Source: Acidobacteriota bacterium
Lineage (GTDB): Bacteria; Acidobacteriota; UBA6911
Reading direction: 5' to 3'
Assembly: GCA_965249005.1 (NCBI GenBank)
Contig: CBDFLD010000022.1
Coordinates: 1,040,247-1,104,246, forward strand
Length of the DNA stretch: 64,000 bases
In this document: piece after piece, positions 55,901 through 64,000 of the stretch
Layout of the letters: each line of letters opens with the position of its first letter
Position numbering within the stretch: position 1 is the first letter of the stretch
The notes under the pieces: model-generated
Databases searched by the model: none
What the model was told of the DNA's origin: nothing
What the model saw: only the letters and a program-made list of their open reading frames with translations
Position numbers and translations under genes: made by a program

Positions 55901-58900
55901 TCAGAAGGGGATCGACATTCGCACCAGCACCGCTAGATCAGCCGGACCCGTTCTGTTCTCCCGCCTCAAGGCTTCCAATTCCAGCATCAATGGCAGCGCC
56001 AGCTGCGAGCGTGGAGGCAGGCTCCAAGCGGTTCCCCAGACCAGCTCCCGGCCCTGTCCGGCCCATCGCAGCCGGCTATAGGGCGTCAGCAGACCCGGTA
56101 AGCCCAGCGCCTTCAGGCCGCCGTAGGCCACCTCGCTTTCCGTCCGGCCCTGGGAACCCATTCCCATTGCTCCCATCCCCGGCGGGCGCGTGACCATATT
56201 AGAGTTGTTCCATAGCGTCGTTCGGCCGCCTCCATCCTGGCCCCGCGCGGAGGTCACCGCCACCCGGAGCCCGCGCTGCTTCTCGCCCGGGTCCCAGCTC
56301 GCCTGTACCCCCAATCCCCAGTCCCGGTAGTCGCTTGCGTGCACCACCAGCACCCGGCTATACATGGCCACGTCCAGTCCACTGTTCGCATCCAGATACC
56401 CCAGACGGAATCCTGTTTCCGCGCCGCTGCCCCGTTCCGCATCGCCCCCGTCGAAACGCCCGCCAGCCTCCGCCTTCAGGCTCAGGGATCGCCCCACTGA
56501 CAGCTGCTTGGTGTGCACCCACTCCAGCATCAACCGCGCCCGGTGGGCCTCACCTCGCACCTTCGCGATGTCTTCGGAGGCTTCGGTCCTCAGTTGCGCC
56601 GAGAAGGCGTCCGCCCGCAGCCCCAACTCATTGCTGCCTCGCCGCGTCAGCACCGTCCTCAATCCCCCGGCGAACATCCGAAAGTCAGCCTCGAAGTCGT
56701 GACTCCTCCCCGGCTCGTTGACGTCCACTCGCCCTCGTCCCAAGCCTCCCATGCCCCACACGCTCACCCGTTCCGTCGGCTGCCAGTACAGATAGGGATG
56801 AAACGTGTTCATGCGACTCCTCAACACCCCATCGATCCCATCGTCGCTGTAATCCATGTTCCCCCAGCTGCGCATGAACGACAGCCCGGTCAGCACCTTG
56901 TCGTTGGCATAGAGGTCCAGCCCCACATGGGCGGCCTCGAGACCTCCTCGATAGCTCATCTCGTACCGCGCCAGGTTCCCGTTGAAGTGCTGCAGGTCCC
57001 CTTGCCCCCACAACGCCGGTACCCAGCTCCTGCTCGTCCCCTTCTGCTGTCCTGCCAAGGGCATCTCGAAGGACACTCCCGCAAGGTTGAGCTCTCGATT
57101 CCTCCTCCCCGAGTACTCACCCGATCCCGATCTCAGCGACGAGTTCCTGGTCCCCGCACCCTGGAATCGATTCTGACCGTAACCTGGCTGCCCTCCCAAC
57201 CCGACAGTCGGGCCGGTCCCACTCGGCCCCCTGCCGGAGCCGGTCGAGACGCCCGCATCGCCCTGGCCGTAGCCGAACAGGCCCGCCAATCCACCCAGCG
57301 AGACGTTCTGCAGCCACGCTCCCTGCACGCCACTTTCCCGGTCTCCCGACTCCCCACTCGATCCCATCACTGCTCGGGCCCCGGCCCCGCCCCCAGCGCT
57401 CGGCACTACCGGGCCTTCGGCTCTTCTCCTGCCGGCGCCCTCGAGGCTCTCGCTGCCTATCCGCTGCGATTCTCCCTCACCCAGACCCGTGGCGCTATTG
57501 TCGCTTCCCGGCTGCGCTGTCGACACCGCTCCTCCGGCTGCCCCCAGCCGACTCCACTGCCGATGCCGCTCGAAGCGACCCTCAATGGCCGTCTGCGCAC
57601 TCTCCCCCATCGTGCGCGCCATCACCGCCAGCGCCACCTCCAGCGTTTGCGAGAACTGCTCCGCCGTGCGCCGCTGGGTAAAGTTCACGGTGGTCTCCGG
57701 GATCTCTCCTGCACGGACCGCCTCTGGTAACTCGCCCAAGCTCAGCACGATCCCCTCCCCAGGATCATTCACTTCATCCGCCAGCACCGCGACGGAAATC
57801 GTCCCCTGACTCTCGCCTTCCTCAAACACCACCTTCGACGGCACTCCACTGTAGTCCTCGTCGGTGGCCCCTCCTTTAGGCGCCACCACCAGGGGCACTT
57901 CCACCCGCCGGTCCGCTGCCGGTGAGACGGTCACCTCGATGTCGGCCTGCTGGCCTTCCCTAATCTGGTACTCCGTCTGCCCAAAGCTCACCTTCAGCTC
58001 CACCAGTCCCTTGTCCTCCAGCGTCACCGTCGCCACCGCCAGTTCCCCGGCCATTACTATCTCCGGCAACTCCCCAAATCCCAACTCCACCGTCTCGTCG
58101 TCCCCGTCCCCATCATGGTTGGCTGCGATCCTCAATATCTGTTCCGTTTCCTCGGCCTGGAAGGTGAGCGTCCCGGTGCCCTCCTGGGCATCCCACTCCT
58201 CCAAACCATCGAGGGTATAGTCGGCGACTTCCGTCGTCTCCGGCCGCGTCACCCGGATCGGGATCACCAGCTCCTCGTCCCAGCCCTGGCTCAGCTTCAC
58301 CGTCACCGTCACCGTCTCCCCACCTTCCCTCGCCGTGTAGCTCTCCTCCTGGTAGCTCACTGCCAGCTTCGTCTCCACTTCGAAGGCCTCCGCCGCCCGG
58401 TTGCCGTTGCCGGCCCCGTCCTCGGCCACCTCCTCGGGGACCTCCACCCTCACTTCACCGATCCCTTCGGGCGTGATCGTCGCCGTGTACTCCTGCGGCG
58501 AGATTTCGATAAAGTTCGAAGCCGTTCCATTAGTGACTCGGATATCTTCAAGCTCAAAGCCCGTCACTGGTTCGGAGAAGGTGATCGTCACTTCGAACCC
58601 CGCCATTCCCACCGGCTCCGTCGGTCCTTCGATCGTTACCTCGGGCCGCTCCAGGTCCGCCTCGATGACGAAAGGCTCCGCCGCCCGGTTGCCGTTGCCG
58701 GCCTCGTCCTCGGCCACGTTCGATCCCACCTCCACCCGGACCTCACCGGTTGCTTCCGGCGTGATCGTCGCCGTGTACTCCTGCGGCGAGATTTCGATAA
58801 AGTTCGAAGCCGTTCCATTAGTGACTCGGATATCTTCAAGCTCAAAGCCCGTCACTGGTTCGGAGAAGGTGATCGTCACTTCGAACCCCGCCATTCCCAC

Positions 58901-61189
58901 CGGCTCCGTCGGTCCTTCGATCGTTACCTCGGGCCGCTCCAGGTCCGCCTCGATGACGAAAGGCTCCGCCGCCCGGTTGCCGTTGCCGGCCTCGTCCTCG
59001 GCCACGTTCGATCCCACCTCCACCCGGACCTCACCGGTTGCTTCCGGCGTGATCGTCGCCGTGTACTCCTGCGGCGAGATTTCGATAAAGTTCGAAGCCG
59101 TTCCATTAGTGACTCGGATATCTTCAAGCTCAAAGCCCGTCACTGGTTCGGAGAAGGTGATCGTCACTTCGAACCCCGCCATTCCCACCGGCTCCGTCGG
59201 TCCTTCGATCGTTACCTCGGGCCGCTCCAGGTCCGCCTCGATGACGAAAGGCTCCGCCGCCCGGTTGCCGTTGCCGGCCTCGTCCTCGGCCACGTTCGAT
59301 CCCACCTCCACCCGGACCTCACCGGTTGCTTCCGGCGTGATCGTCGCCGTGTAGGTCCGTGAGGACACTCTGTTGAAATTCGACGCCGTCCCGTTGCTGA
59401 CCTCGATATCTTCCAGTTCAAAGCCTGTCACCGACTCGGAGAAGCGGAGCGTCACCTCGAACGCTTCGGTAAGCGGGGCCGCCGCCTTACTCGTGATCGC
59501 CACCTCCGGCCGGTCCAGATCCGCCTCGATCACCAACGGCACGCCCGGCATATTGCCGTTGCCGACCCCGTACTCGGCCACACTCGCCCCAACCTCCACG
59601 ATCACTTCACCGCTCTTCGAGGGAGTGATCTCTGCCTTATAGGTCGGCGCCGACCCACTGAAGTCGGTCACCGAACCATTCGTCACCGCGATCTCGCTCC
59701 GCTCGAAACCCGTCACCGCCTCGCTAAAGATGATCGTCACCTCGAACACTCTGCCCACCGGAGCTGACAACTGCGTCTGAATCGCGACCGTCACTACCTT
59801 TTCGTTGTCGGCCTCGGTCGCCGTGACGCCATCGACAGCAATTGAGTCATAGAACTCGTCGAAGCTTGCCGTGGTGTGAGAGAAGATCGCGACGCCATCC
59901 ACCTCGTCGGCGTCTTCGGCCGCCGTGACCGTCACCGTCTGCTCCGTATTCCAGTTCGAGTTCGTGAAGGCCAACGTAACCGAATCTATATCTATATCCG
60001 TATCCGTATCCGAACTCACCGTCAGGTCGGCGTCATTCCCTTGGTCCTCGGTCGTCTGGACCGTGACATCGTTCGATGGCTTGGTGCCAAGCCTCACCGT
60101 GTAGGTCGCCGAGCCGCCTTCGGGCACCGACAGTGTCGTCGGCGAGATGATCACGCCGATCGTGTCGTTGTCCTTCTCTGTTGCATTGACGCCAGGGGTC
60201 GGAATGCCGTCATAGACGGTGCCGGGGCTGCTCACGTTATGGTGAAACTGGCCGGGGCTGGCCGCGCCGTCGTCATCTTCCGCCGCCAGGATCGTCACCG
60301 TCTGCTGCATACTCCAGTTCGAGTTCGTGAAGGTCAGCGTATCCGGGCTCGCCGTCAGATCCTCATCGCCGGTCACCCGCTCCACCGTGATCGTGACATC
60401 GGCCGTCGGCTGGGTGACGAGCACCACCGTGTAGCTCGCCGAGCCGCCTTCGGGCACCGTCAGTGCCGTCTCCGAAGTCATTATGCCGGGCGGATCGTTG
60501 TCGTTCTCGGTTGCTGTGACGCCGGGGGCCGTAAGCCCGTCATAGGGGGTGCCGGGACCGGCCACAGTATGCGTAAACTGGGCGGTGCCGTTCTCACTGT
60601 CGGCATCTTCGGCCGCCAGGACCGTCACCGTCTGCTGCATACTCCAATCCGAGTTCGTGAAGGTCAGCGTATCCGGGCTCGCCGTCAGATCCTTGTCGTC
60701 CCCGGACGACGGCGCCACCGTGATCGTGACATCATTCGTCGGCTGGGTGTCGAGCACCACCGTGTAGCTCGCCGAGCCGCCTTCGGACACCATCAGGTCC
60801 GTCTCCGAAACCGTCACCTGCGCGAAGGCCAAGTTCGGCCAGGCGAGCCAGGCCAGACAGGCGGCGCCGGCGAATATGCCTGCACGCCACCAGCCGCCAC
60901 GGCGGCGGGTGGGGGGATCGCTCTCGGTAACCAGCCCCGCCGATGGATTGGTAGCGAGAGAATCGTCTGTCTGCGCCGCCGAGCGGGACTGGCTCGCTTC
61001 GACATCAGGCTTAGGCGGGCTCGATTGAGCGTATGGAGGCGCCGAGATTGCGCCGATGATTTTCGCCCCTGAAATAGTTCTCATGGCAATCGCCTTTCCG
61101 CCTGCGCCGGCTCGACATGGCGCCGAGTATTTGGAGCTTTGGCTGTTATTGGCGCGGAACGCGCCGGCGTGGGATATGCCGTCAACCAT
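55901..61189 (-). CDS. large autotransporter-like surface protein with Ig-like and Calx-beta-like repeats
   Basis: Hydrophobic signal-like segment ending AFA; VPEGGSASYTV repeats; TITFSEPVTGF Ig-like repeats; C-terminal beta-barrel ending in Phe; true start probably downstream of 61189. Confidence 0.85.
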   Translation of the reverse strand: MVDGISHAGAFRANNSQSSKYSAPCRAGAGGKAIAMRTISGAKIIGAISAPPYAQSSPPKPDVEASQSRSAAQTDDSLATNPSAGLVTESDPPTRRRGGWWRAGIFAGAACLAWLAWPNLAFAQVTVSETDLMVSEGGSASYTVVLDTQPTNDVTITVAPSSGDDKDLTASPDTLTFTNSDWSMQQTVTVLAAEDADSENGTAQFTHTVAGPGTPYDGLTAPGVTATENDNDPPGIMTSETALTVPEGGSASYTVVLVTQPTADVTITVERVTGDEDLTASPDTLTFTNSNWSMQQTVTILAAEDDDGAASPGQFHHNVSSPGTVYDGIPTPGVNATEKDNDTIGVIISPTTLSVPEGGSATYTVRLGTKPSNDVTVQTTEDQGNDADLTVSSDTDTDIDIDSVTLAFTNSNWNTEQTVTVTAAEDADEVDGVAIFSHTTASFDEFYDSIAVDGVTATEADNEKVVTVAIQTQLSAPVGRVFEVTIIFSEAVTGFERSEIAVTNGSVTDFSGSAPTYKAEITPSKSGEVIVEVGASVAEYGVGNGNMPGVPLVIEADLDRPEVAITSKAAAPLTEAFEVTLRFSESVTGFELEDIEVSNGTASNFNRVSSRTYTATITPEATGEVRVEVGSNVAEDEAGNGNRAAEPFVIEADLERPEVTIEGPTEPVGMAGFEVTITFSEPVTGFELEDIRVTNGTASNFIEISPQEYTATITPEATGEVRVEVGSNVAEDEAGNGNRAAEPFVIEADLERPEVTIEGPTEPVGMAGFEVTITFSEPVTGFELEDIRVTNGTASNFIEISPQEYTATITPEATGEVRVEVGSNVAEDEAGNGNRAAEPFVIEADLERPEVTIEGPTEPVGMAGFEVTITFSEPVTGFELEDIRVTNGTASNFIEISPQEYTATITPEGIGEVRVEVPEEVAEDGAGNGNRAAEAFEVETKLAVSYQEESYTAREGGETVTVTVKLSQGWDEELVIPIRVTRPETTEVADYTLDGLEEWDAQEGTGTLTFQAEETEQILRIAANHDGDGDDETVELGFGELPEIVMAGELAVATVTLEDKGLVELKVSFGQTEYQIREGQQADIEVTVSPAADRRVEVPLVVAPKGGATDEDYSGVPSKVVFEEGESQGTISVAVLADEVNDPGEGIVLSLGELPEAVRAGEIPETTVNFTQRRTAEQFSQTLEVALAVMARTMGESAQTAIEGRFERHRQWSRLGAAGGAVSTAQPGSDNSATGLGEGESQRIGSESLEGAGRRRAEGPVVPSAGGGAGARAVMGSSGESGDRESGVQGAWLQNVSLGGLAGLFGYGQGDAGVSTGSGRGPSGTGPTVGLGGQPGYGQNRFQGAGTRNSSLRSGSGEYSGRRNRELNLAGVSFEMPLAGQQKGTSRSWVPALWGQGDLQHFNGNLARYEMSYRGGLEAAHVGLDLYANDKVLTGLSFMRSWGNMDYSDDGIDGVLRSRMNTFHPYLYWQPTERVSVWGMGGLGRGRVDVNEPGRSHDFEADFRMFAGGLRTVLTRRGSNELGLRADAFSAQLRTEASEDIAKVRGEAHRARLMLEWVHTKQLSVGRSLSLKAEAGGRFDGGDAERGSGAETGFRLGYLDANSGLDVAMYSRVLVVHASDYRDWGLGVQASWDPGEKQRGLRVAVTSARGQDGGGRTTLWNNSNMVTRPPGMGAMGMGSQGRTESEVAYGGLKALGLPGLLTPYSRLRWAGQGRELVWGTAWSLPPRSQLALPLMLELEALRRENRTGPADLAVLVRMSIPF
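58470..59353. repeat. 288 bp tandem repeat, ~3 apparently identical copies (96 aa Ig-like domain)
   Basis: Period of 288 seen directly and in the identical shadow ORFs at 58636 and 58924. Confidence 0.95.
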
Positions 61190-61432
61190 GTTCGCCTCTC
61201 GCCGAGTTTTAGACTCTGCTGCTCGCCAGCCGGGCTGTGCCAGCAGCCTTCGACTCGGGCCTGCCTAATATCTTACTGCAGTTGGCATCCTTTCGTCGCT
61301 CCACGTGCCGAAACCTGCTCGGTCCGGCGATAGGGAGATTTTCGTTGCGGGGGAGGCGTGACCAATCACTCTTCCCCCGCGAGACACCGATCTGACAGAC
61401 TCTCGGACCCTGATGACTCCATTAGCTGCCGG

Positions 61433-62392
61433 TCAGAAGTGATACTTCATGTTGAGGCTGATTCCCCAGAACTGAATGTCATCCGTCTTGACATAGTAGG
61501 TAACGGGGACCGGCGGGTTACCGGCCACCGACGCATGATCGCGGAGAGAATCATATGCCGACTCGTCATCGAATTCGCCGAAACTCGCCCATCGGAACTT
61601 GAGCCCGATGGTGACCGGATCGCTGACCTGATAATCCAGGCCCGCCACCGCCTGGTAGCCGAGCAGCAGATCCGACAATTTCGCTCTGTCCGCGGTGATC
61701 GTGCCGGCAATTTCCCGGTTTAACGCCTGGGCCTTCGCCAGCTCGTCACCAATCACCCCCTCAGTATCGAATACCGTGACGTTCTCGGGGTCATTCGTCC
61801 GGCGCCAGAAGGTCCGGTACGCAAGCGAGACTTTCGCAAAGCCGACTCCAATCCCCAGAGACGGCGTAAACTTCGAATCGGAGCGAAAGTCGTAGTGCAA
61901 GTTGGCAAAAACGTTGTGCGACAGCACGGCATCGACTCCATCCATGACGGTCTGGAATCCCGGATCCGCGCCGGGGTCATAATTTGCTGCGGAATCATAG
62001 GGGACATCCGTGCTGTCATGGGTTGCGCTGCGATAGAAATATTCGCCCTCGACCCTGAAGTTTCCCCTGCGATATCCCAAGGCCAACCCAGCCAGGATCC
62101 CCCTGCCGCCATCGAACGACTCGTCCATGGGCCCCCAAGCCGAAGGGGCATTGCCACACGCTCCTTCTTCTACCTGAAAACCGTCCGGGTTTATGGTCTT
62201 GTCGCATCGGATCGCTGAATGCGCCTCATCCGCACTCGATACCCAATCATCCAACCCCCCGGTCTTTACGTCCATTCCCGGCGCCACCGCAACCCCTAGT
62301 TCCATCCCCATGTACCAGCCGTCCTGGGCCAACACCGGGCCGGAGGAGATCACCAGAGCGCTCACCATGAGCACGAGCAAGAGTTTTTTCAT
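61433..62392 (-). CDS. outer-membrane beta-barrel protein (OmpA/opacity-like)
   Basis: Signal peptide MKKLL...VLA; FRVEGEYFYR, FTPSLGIGVG, GYQAVAGLDY; terminal YHF. Confidence 0.85.
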   Translation of the reverse strand: MKKLLLVLMVSALVISSGPVLAQDGWYMGMELGVAVAPGMDVKTGGLDDWVSSADEAHSAIRCDKTINPDGFQVEEGACGNAPSAWGPMDESFDGGRGILAGLALGYRRGNFRVEGEYFYRSATHDSTDVPYDSAANYDPGADPGFQTVMDGVDAVLSHNVFANLHYDFRSDSKFTPSLGIGVGFAKVSLAYRTFWRRTNDPENVTVFDTEGVIGDELAKAQALNREIAGTITADRAKLSDLLLGYQAVAGLDYQVSDPVTIGLKFRWASFGEFDDESAYDSLRDHASVAGNPPVPVTYYVKTDDIQFWGISLNMKYHF

Positions 62393-62417
62393 GATGCCAC
62401 CCCTCTTTACTGTTCTA

Positions 62418-62949
62418 TTATACGTCTTCAACAGGTAACGTTCTACCTAGGACGTCCAGTTCACCTCCGAATTGGCCTTCCCAAAATCGGTAGCTGATCA
62501 CTACAACGTTCTGTGGTGTTGGCAGCGTATCTGCAACCGTAATGGTGCGACCCCGGTAGGCAGAAACACCAAGCGTCGAAAAGTATTCGCCTGAGACGAG
62601 TTGAACTGGTGATGGCTCCGATCGCTCCCGAAGCCCGATATTGAGGAATTGATACGTCCACGCAAATAATCCGGTGAAAGCATCTTGCCGAGCTGTTAAG
62701 GCTTCAAGCATCGGATATGAAAAAGGGCGCCCCCCCCCTTTCTTCGACAGCCTCAAGGGTTACCAAGGCTTTTGGGTCTCGAACCGGAAGAGTTTTCAAT
62801 AGTATCGCATCCACCAAACTGAAGATTGCCGTAGTCGCTCCAATCGCGAGACCCAGCGTAATGCTGGCAACTATTAAGAACAAAGGACTTTTTCTCAGAC
62901 GGCGAATGGCATAGCGAACATCGCTGAATACTAGATAGATTGACGTCAA
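62418..62949 (-). pseudogene. 5' fragment of a MacB/ADOP-type ABC permease
   Basis: DVRYAIRRLRKSP...LAIGATTAIFSLVDAILLKTLPV, frameshift in the C9 tract, then FSYP...VSGEYFSTLGV...VVISYRFW...VLGRTL and abrupt truncation. Confidence 0.85.
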
Positions 62950-63164
62950 GAAATAGACCTCAGAAATCGTGAGTCATGGATTCACAAGAGACCGAACTCC
63001 GCCATGACTAGGGATGTCCTTGGCGACTCGCGCCACCAGCGAACATAGAAGACCAGGACGACTGGCCTCGGCTTCCTCACAAACCACGGTCGAACGTTGT
63101 TGAAGGATGGCCCCTAGACATAGAGACAGGCTCTGTCTGTTTCGGTTCAACTGTCAAGCGGGAT

Positions 63165-63219
63165 CCAGCCATTGCAGCGGACCGGCGGGGACGCCGGCCG
63201 CTGATTGCCGACGTTAGAC
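63165..63219 (+). other. attC-like integron cassette recombination site relic
   Basis: Imperfect hairpin CATTGCAGCGGACCGGC / GCCGGCCGCTGATTG with two extrahelical bases, ending in GTTAGAC (GTTRRRY); inverse core RYYYAAC missing. Confidence 0.5.
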
Positions 63220-63845
63220 GGCTTCAATCCAGCTCGTCCGCCCACCTTCTTCTTTCTCAGTCGAGCGGGAGATCGCCCCAGCAAGCCGACGGATGATTCT
63301 GGAAAAAACAGCCTAGGAACAGCCTAAACAGACATGGCTGACTTAAAGACAAGGGAGCCAATTCTTCTGAGAAGTCCCAACCTTCCAAGAACGCCTCCGA
63401 CCCCATCGAGAAATGCCCTTTTTACTACAAAAACCCCTGTAGCTATCGAGAAATCTGCAACGAAAACCGAAAACGAATAGTAAGGGTAGGGGTCGGAGAT
63501 TCTAGTTTCAAGAAACGGGAACTTAGTGGGCTCTCTGGCCGTCCCTCGAGGGCCTTGTGAGTGGGCTTAATAATTGTGTTTCTTGGACTTACCCTAATCT
63601 TACACGGAACAGAACCCTGTTAATGCCTGTTTTTATTGGGTTCCGGCGGTGCTCTTCTGGTCCTTACTTGTTGTCTCAATAGGACTTCCAAGATTCACCT
63701 GGAACACAGTATGCTGTTATGGTGCTGTTTTACAGCATCGAGAAGCTTTCTTGATTCAGGTGGAGGTGTCCGAGAAGGCGGGTTCCCTGAGAGGCAAAAG
63801 TCAGCTGTGGTTGAAACTGCGACAAGCTAATATTGCCATCAGGTG

Positions 63846-64000
63846 TTAGCGATCGCGTGAAACCGCGCTTTTTTGAACGGGCGCCGGTAGGAGGTTTGTC
63901 AGGCGCAGTTTGGTTCGAAGGTACCTCACGTAGTCTGGTGAGATAGGATTCTGAAGTAATTCCTCAATGACAGGGAGAAAATAATGCAGGGACCGGATGG
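63846..64000 (-). CDS. C-terminus of a hypothetical protein (5' partial), probably mobile-element associated
   Basis: Open frame IRSLHYFLPVIEELLQNPISPDYVRYLRTKL...VQKSAVSRDR*; not in the ORF track. Confidence 0.55.
   Translation of the reverse strand, partial: IRSLHYFLPVIEELLQNPISPDYVRYLRTKLRLTNLLPAPVQKSAVSRDR

Noticed and set aside
59982-60013. Hexamer microsatellite in the autotransporter
   Set aside because: In-frame short repeat encoding DTDTDIDID; cannot cause phase variation.
63299-63620. Several short IS-end-like strings (AACAGCCTAG repeats, CTTACACGGAACAGAACCC)
   Set aside because: No partner ends or transposase; resemblance is too weak to call.

Overview
GC-rich bacterial window, probably from an Acidobacteria-like organism. 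That is an inference from the DUF1553/DUF1501 pairs and an ADOP-type permease relic; an ankyrin protein and a Calx-beta/Ig autotransporter hint at a host-associated lifestyle. There are three parts. (1) 1-32.5 kb: mostly intact metabolic and envelope genes (pckA, pfk, GT20/otsA-like, ABC-2 exporter, PL2-like lyase, aldehyde dehydrogenase, amidohydrolase) with REP-like and MITE-like repeats. It includes a probable selenocysteine-containing rhodanese that the ORF track truncates, and an operon of a secreted dikinase with glucan-water-dikinase domain order plus two penicillin-binding/beta-lactamase-fold proteins. (2) An IS1380 followed by a ~21 kb decaying integrated element (34.2-55.6 kb). It carries a serine recombinase with DUF2924, a LexA-like repressor, its own ECF-type sigma factor, a PD-(D/E)XK nuclease, an intein-split AAA ATPase, DUF669, ERCC4, RecD2, a primase-helicase and an origin-like repeat cluster. 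Four copies of one bipartite motif, G(A/G)CAC-N13-CCGGTA(A/G)GTA, sit at the heads of its modules and probably define the regulon of that sigma factor. (3) 55.9-64 kb: a repeat-rich autotransporter, an outer-membrane beta-barrel protein, and mobile-element debris (attC-like relic, TGT-type transposon end). No rRNA, tRNA or CRISPR array was recognised. All family assignments come from motif recognition by eye, not from database searches.
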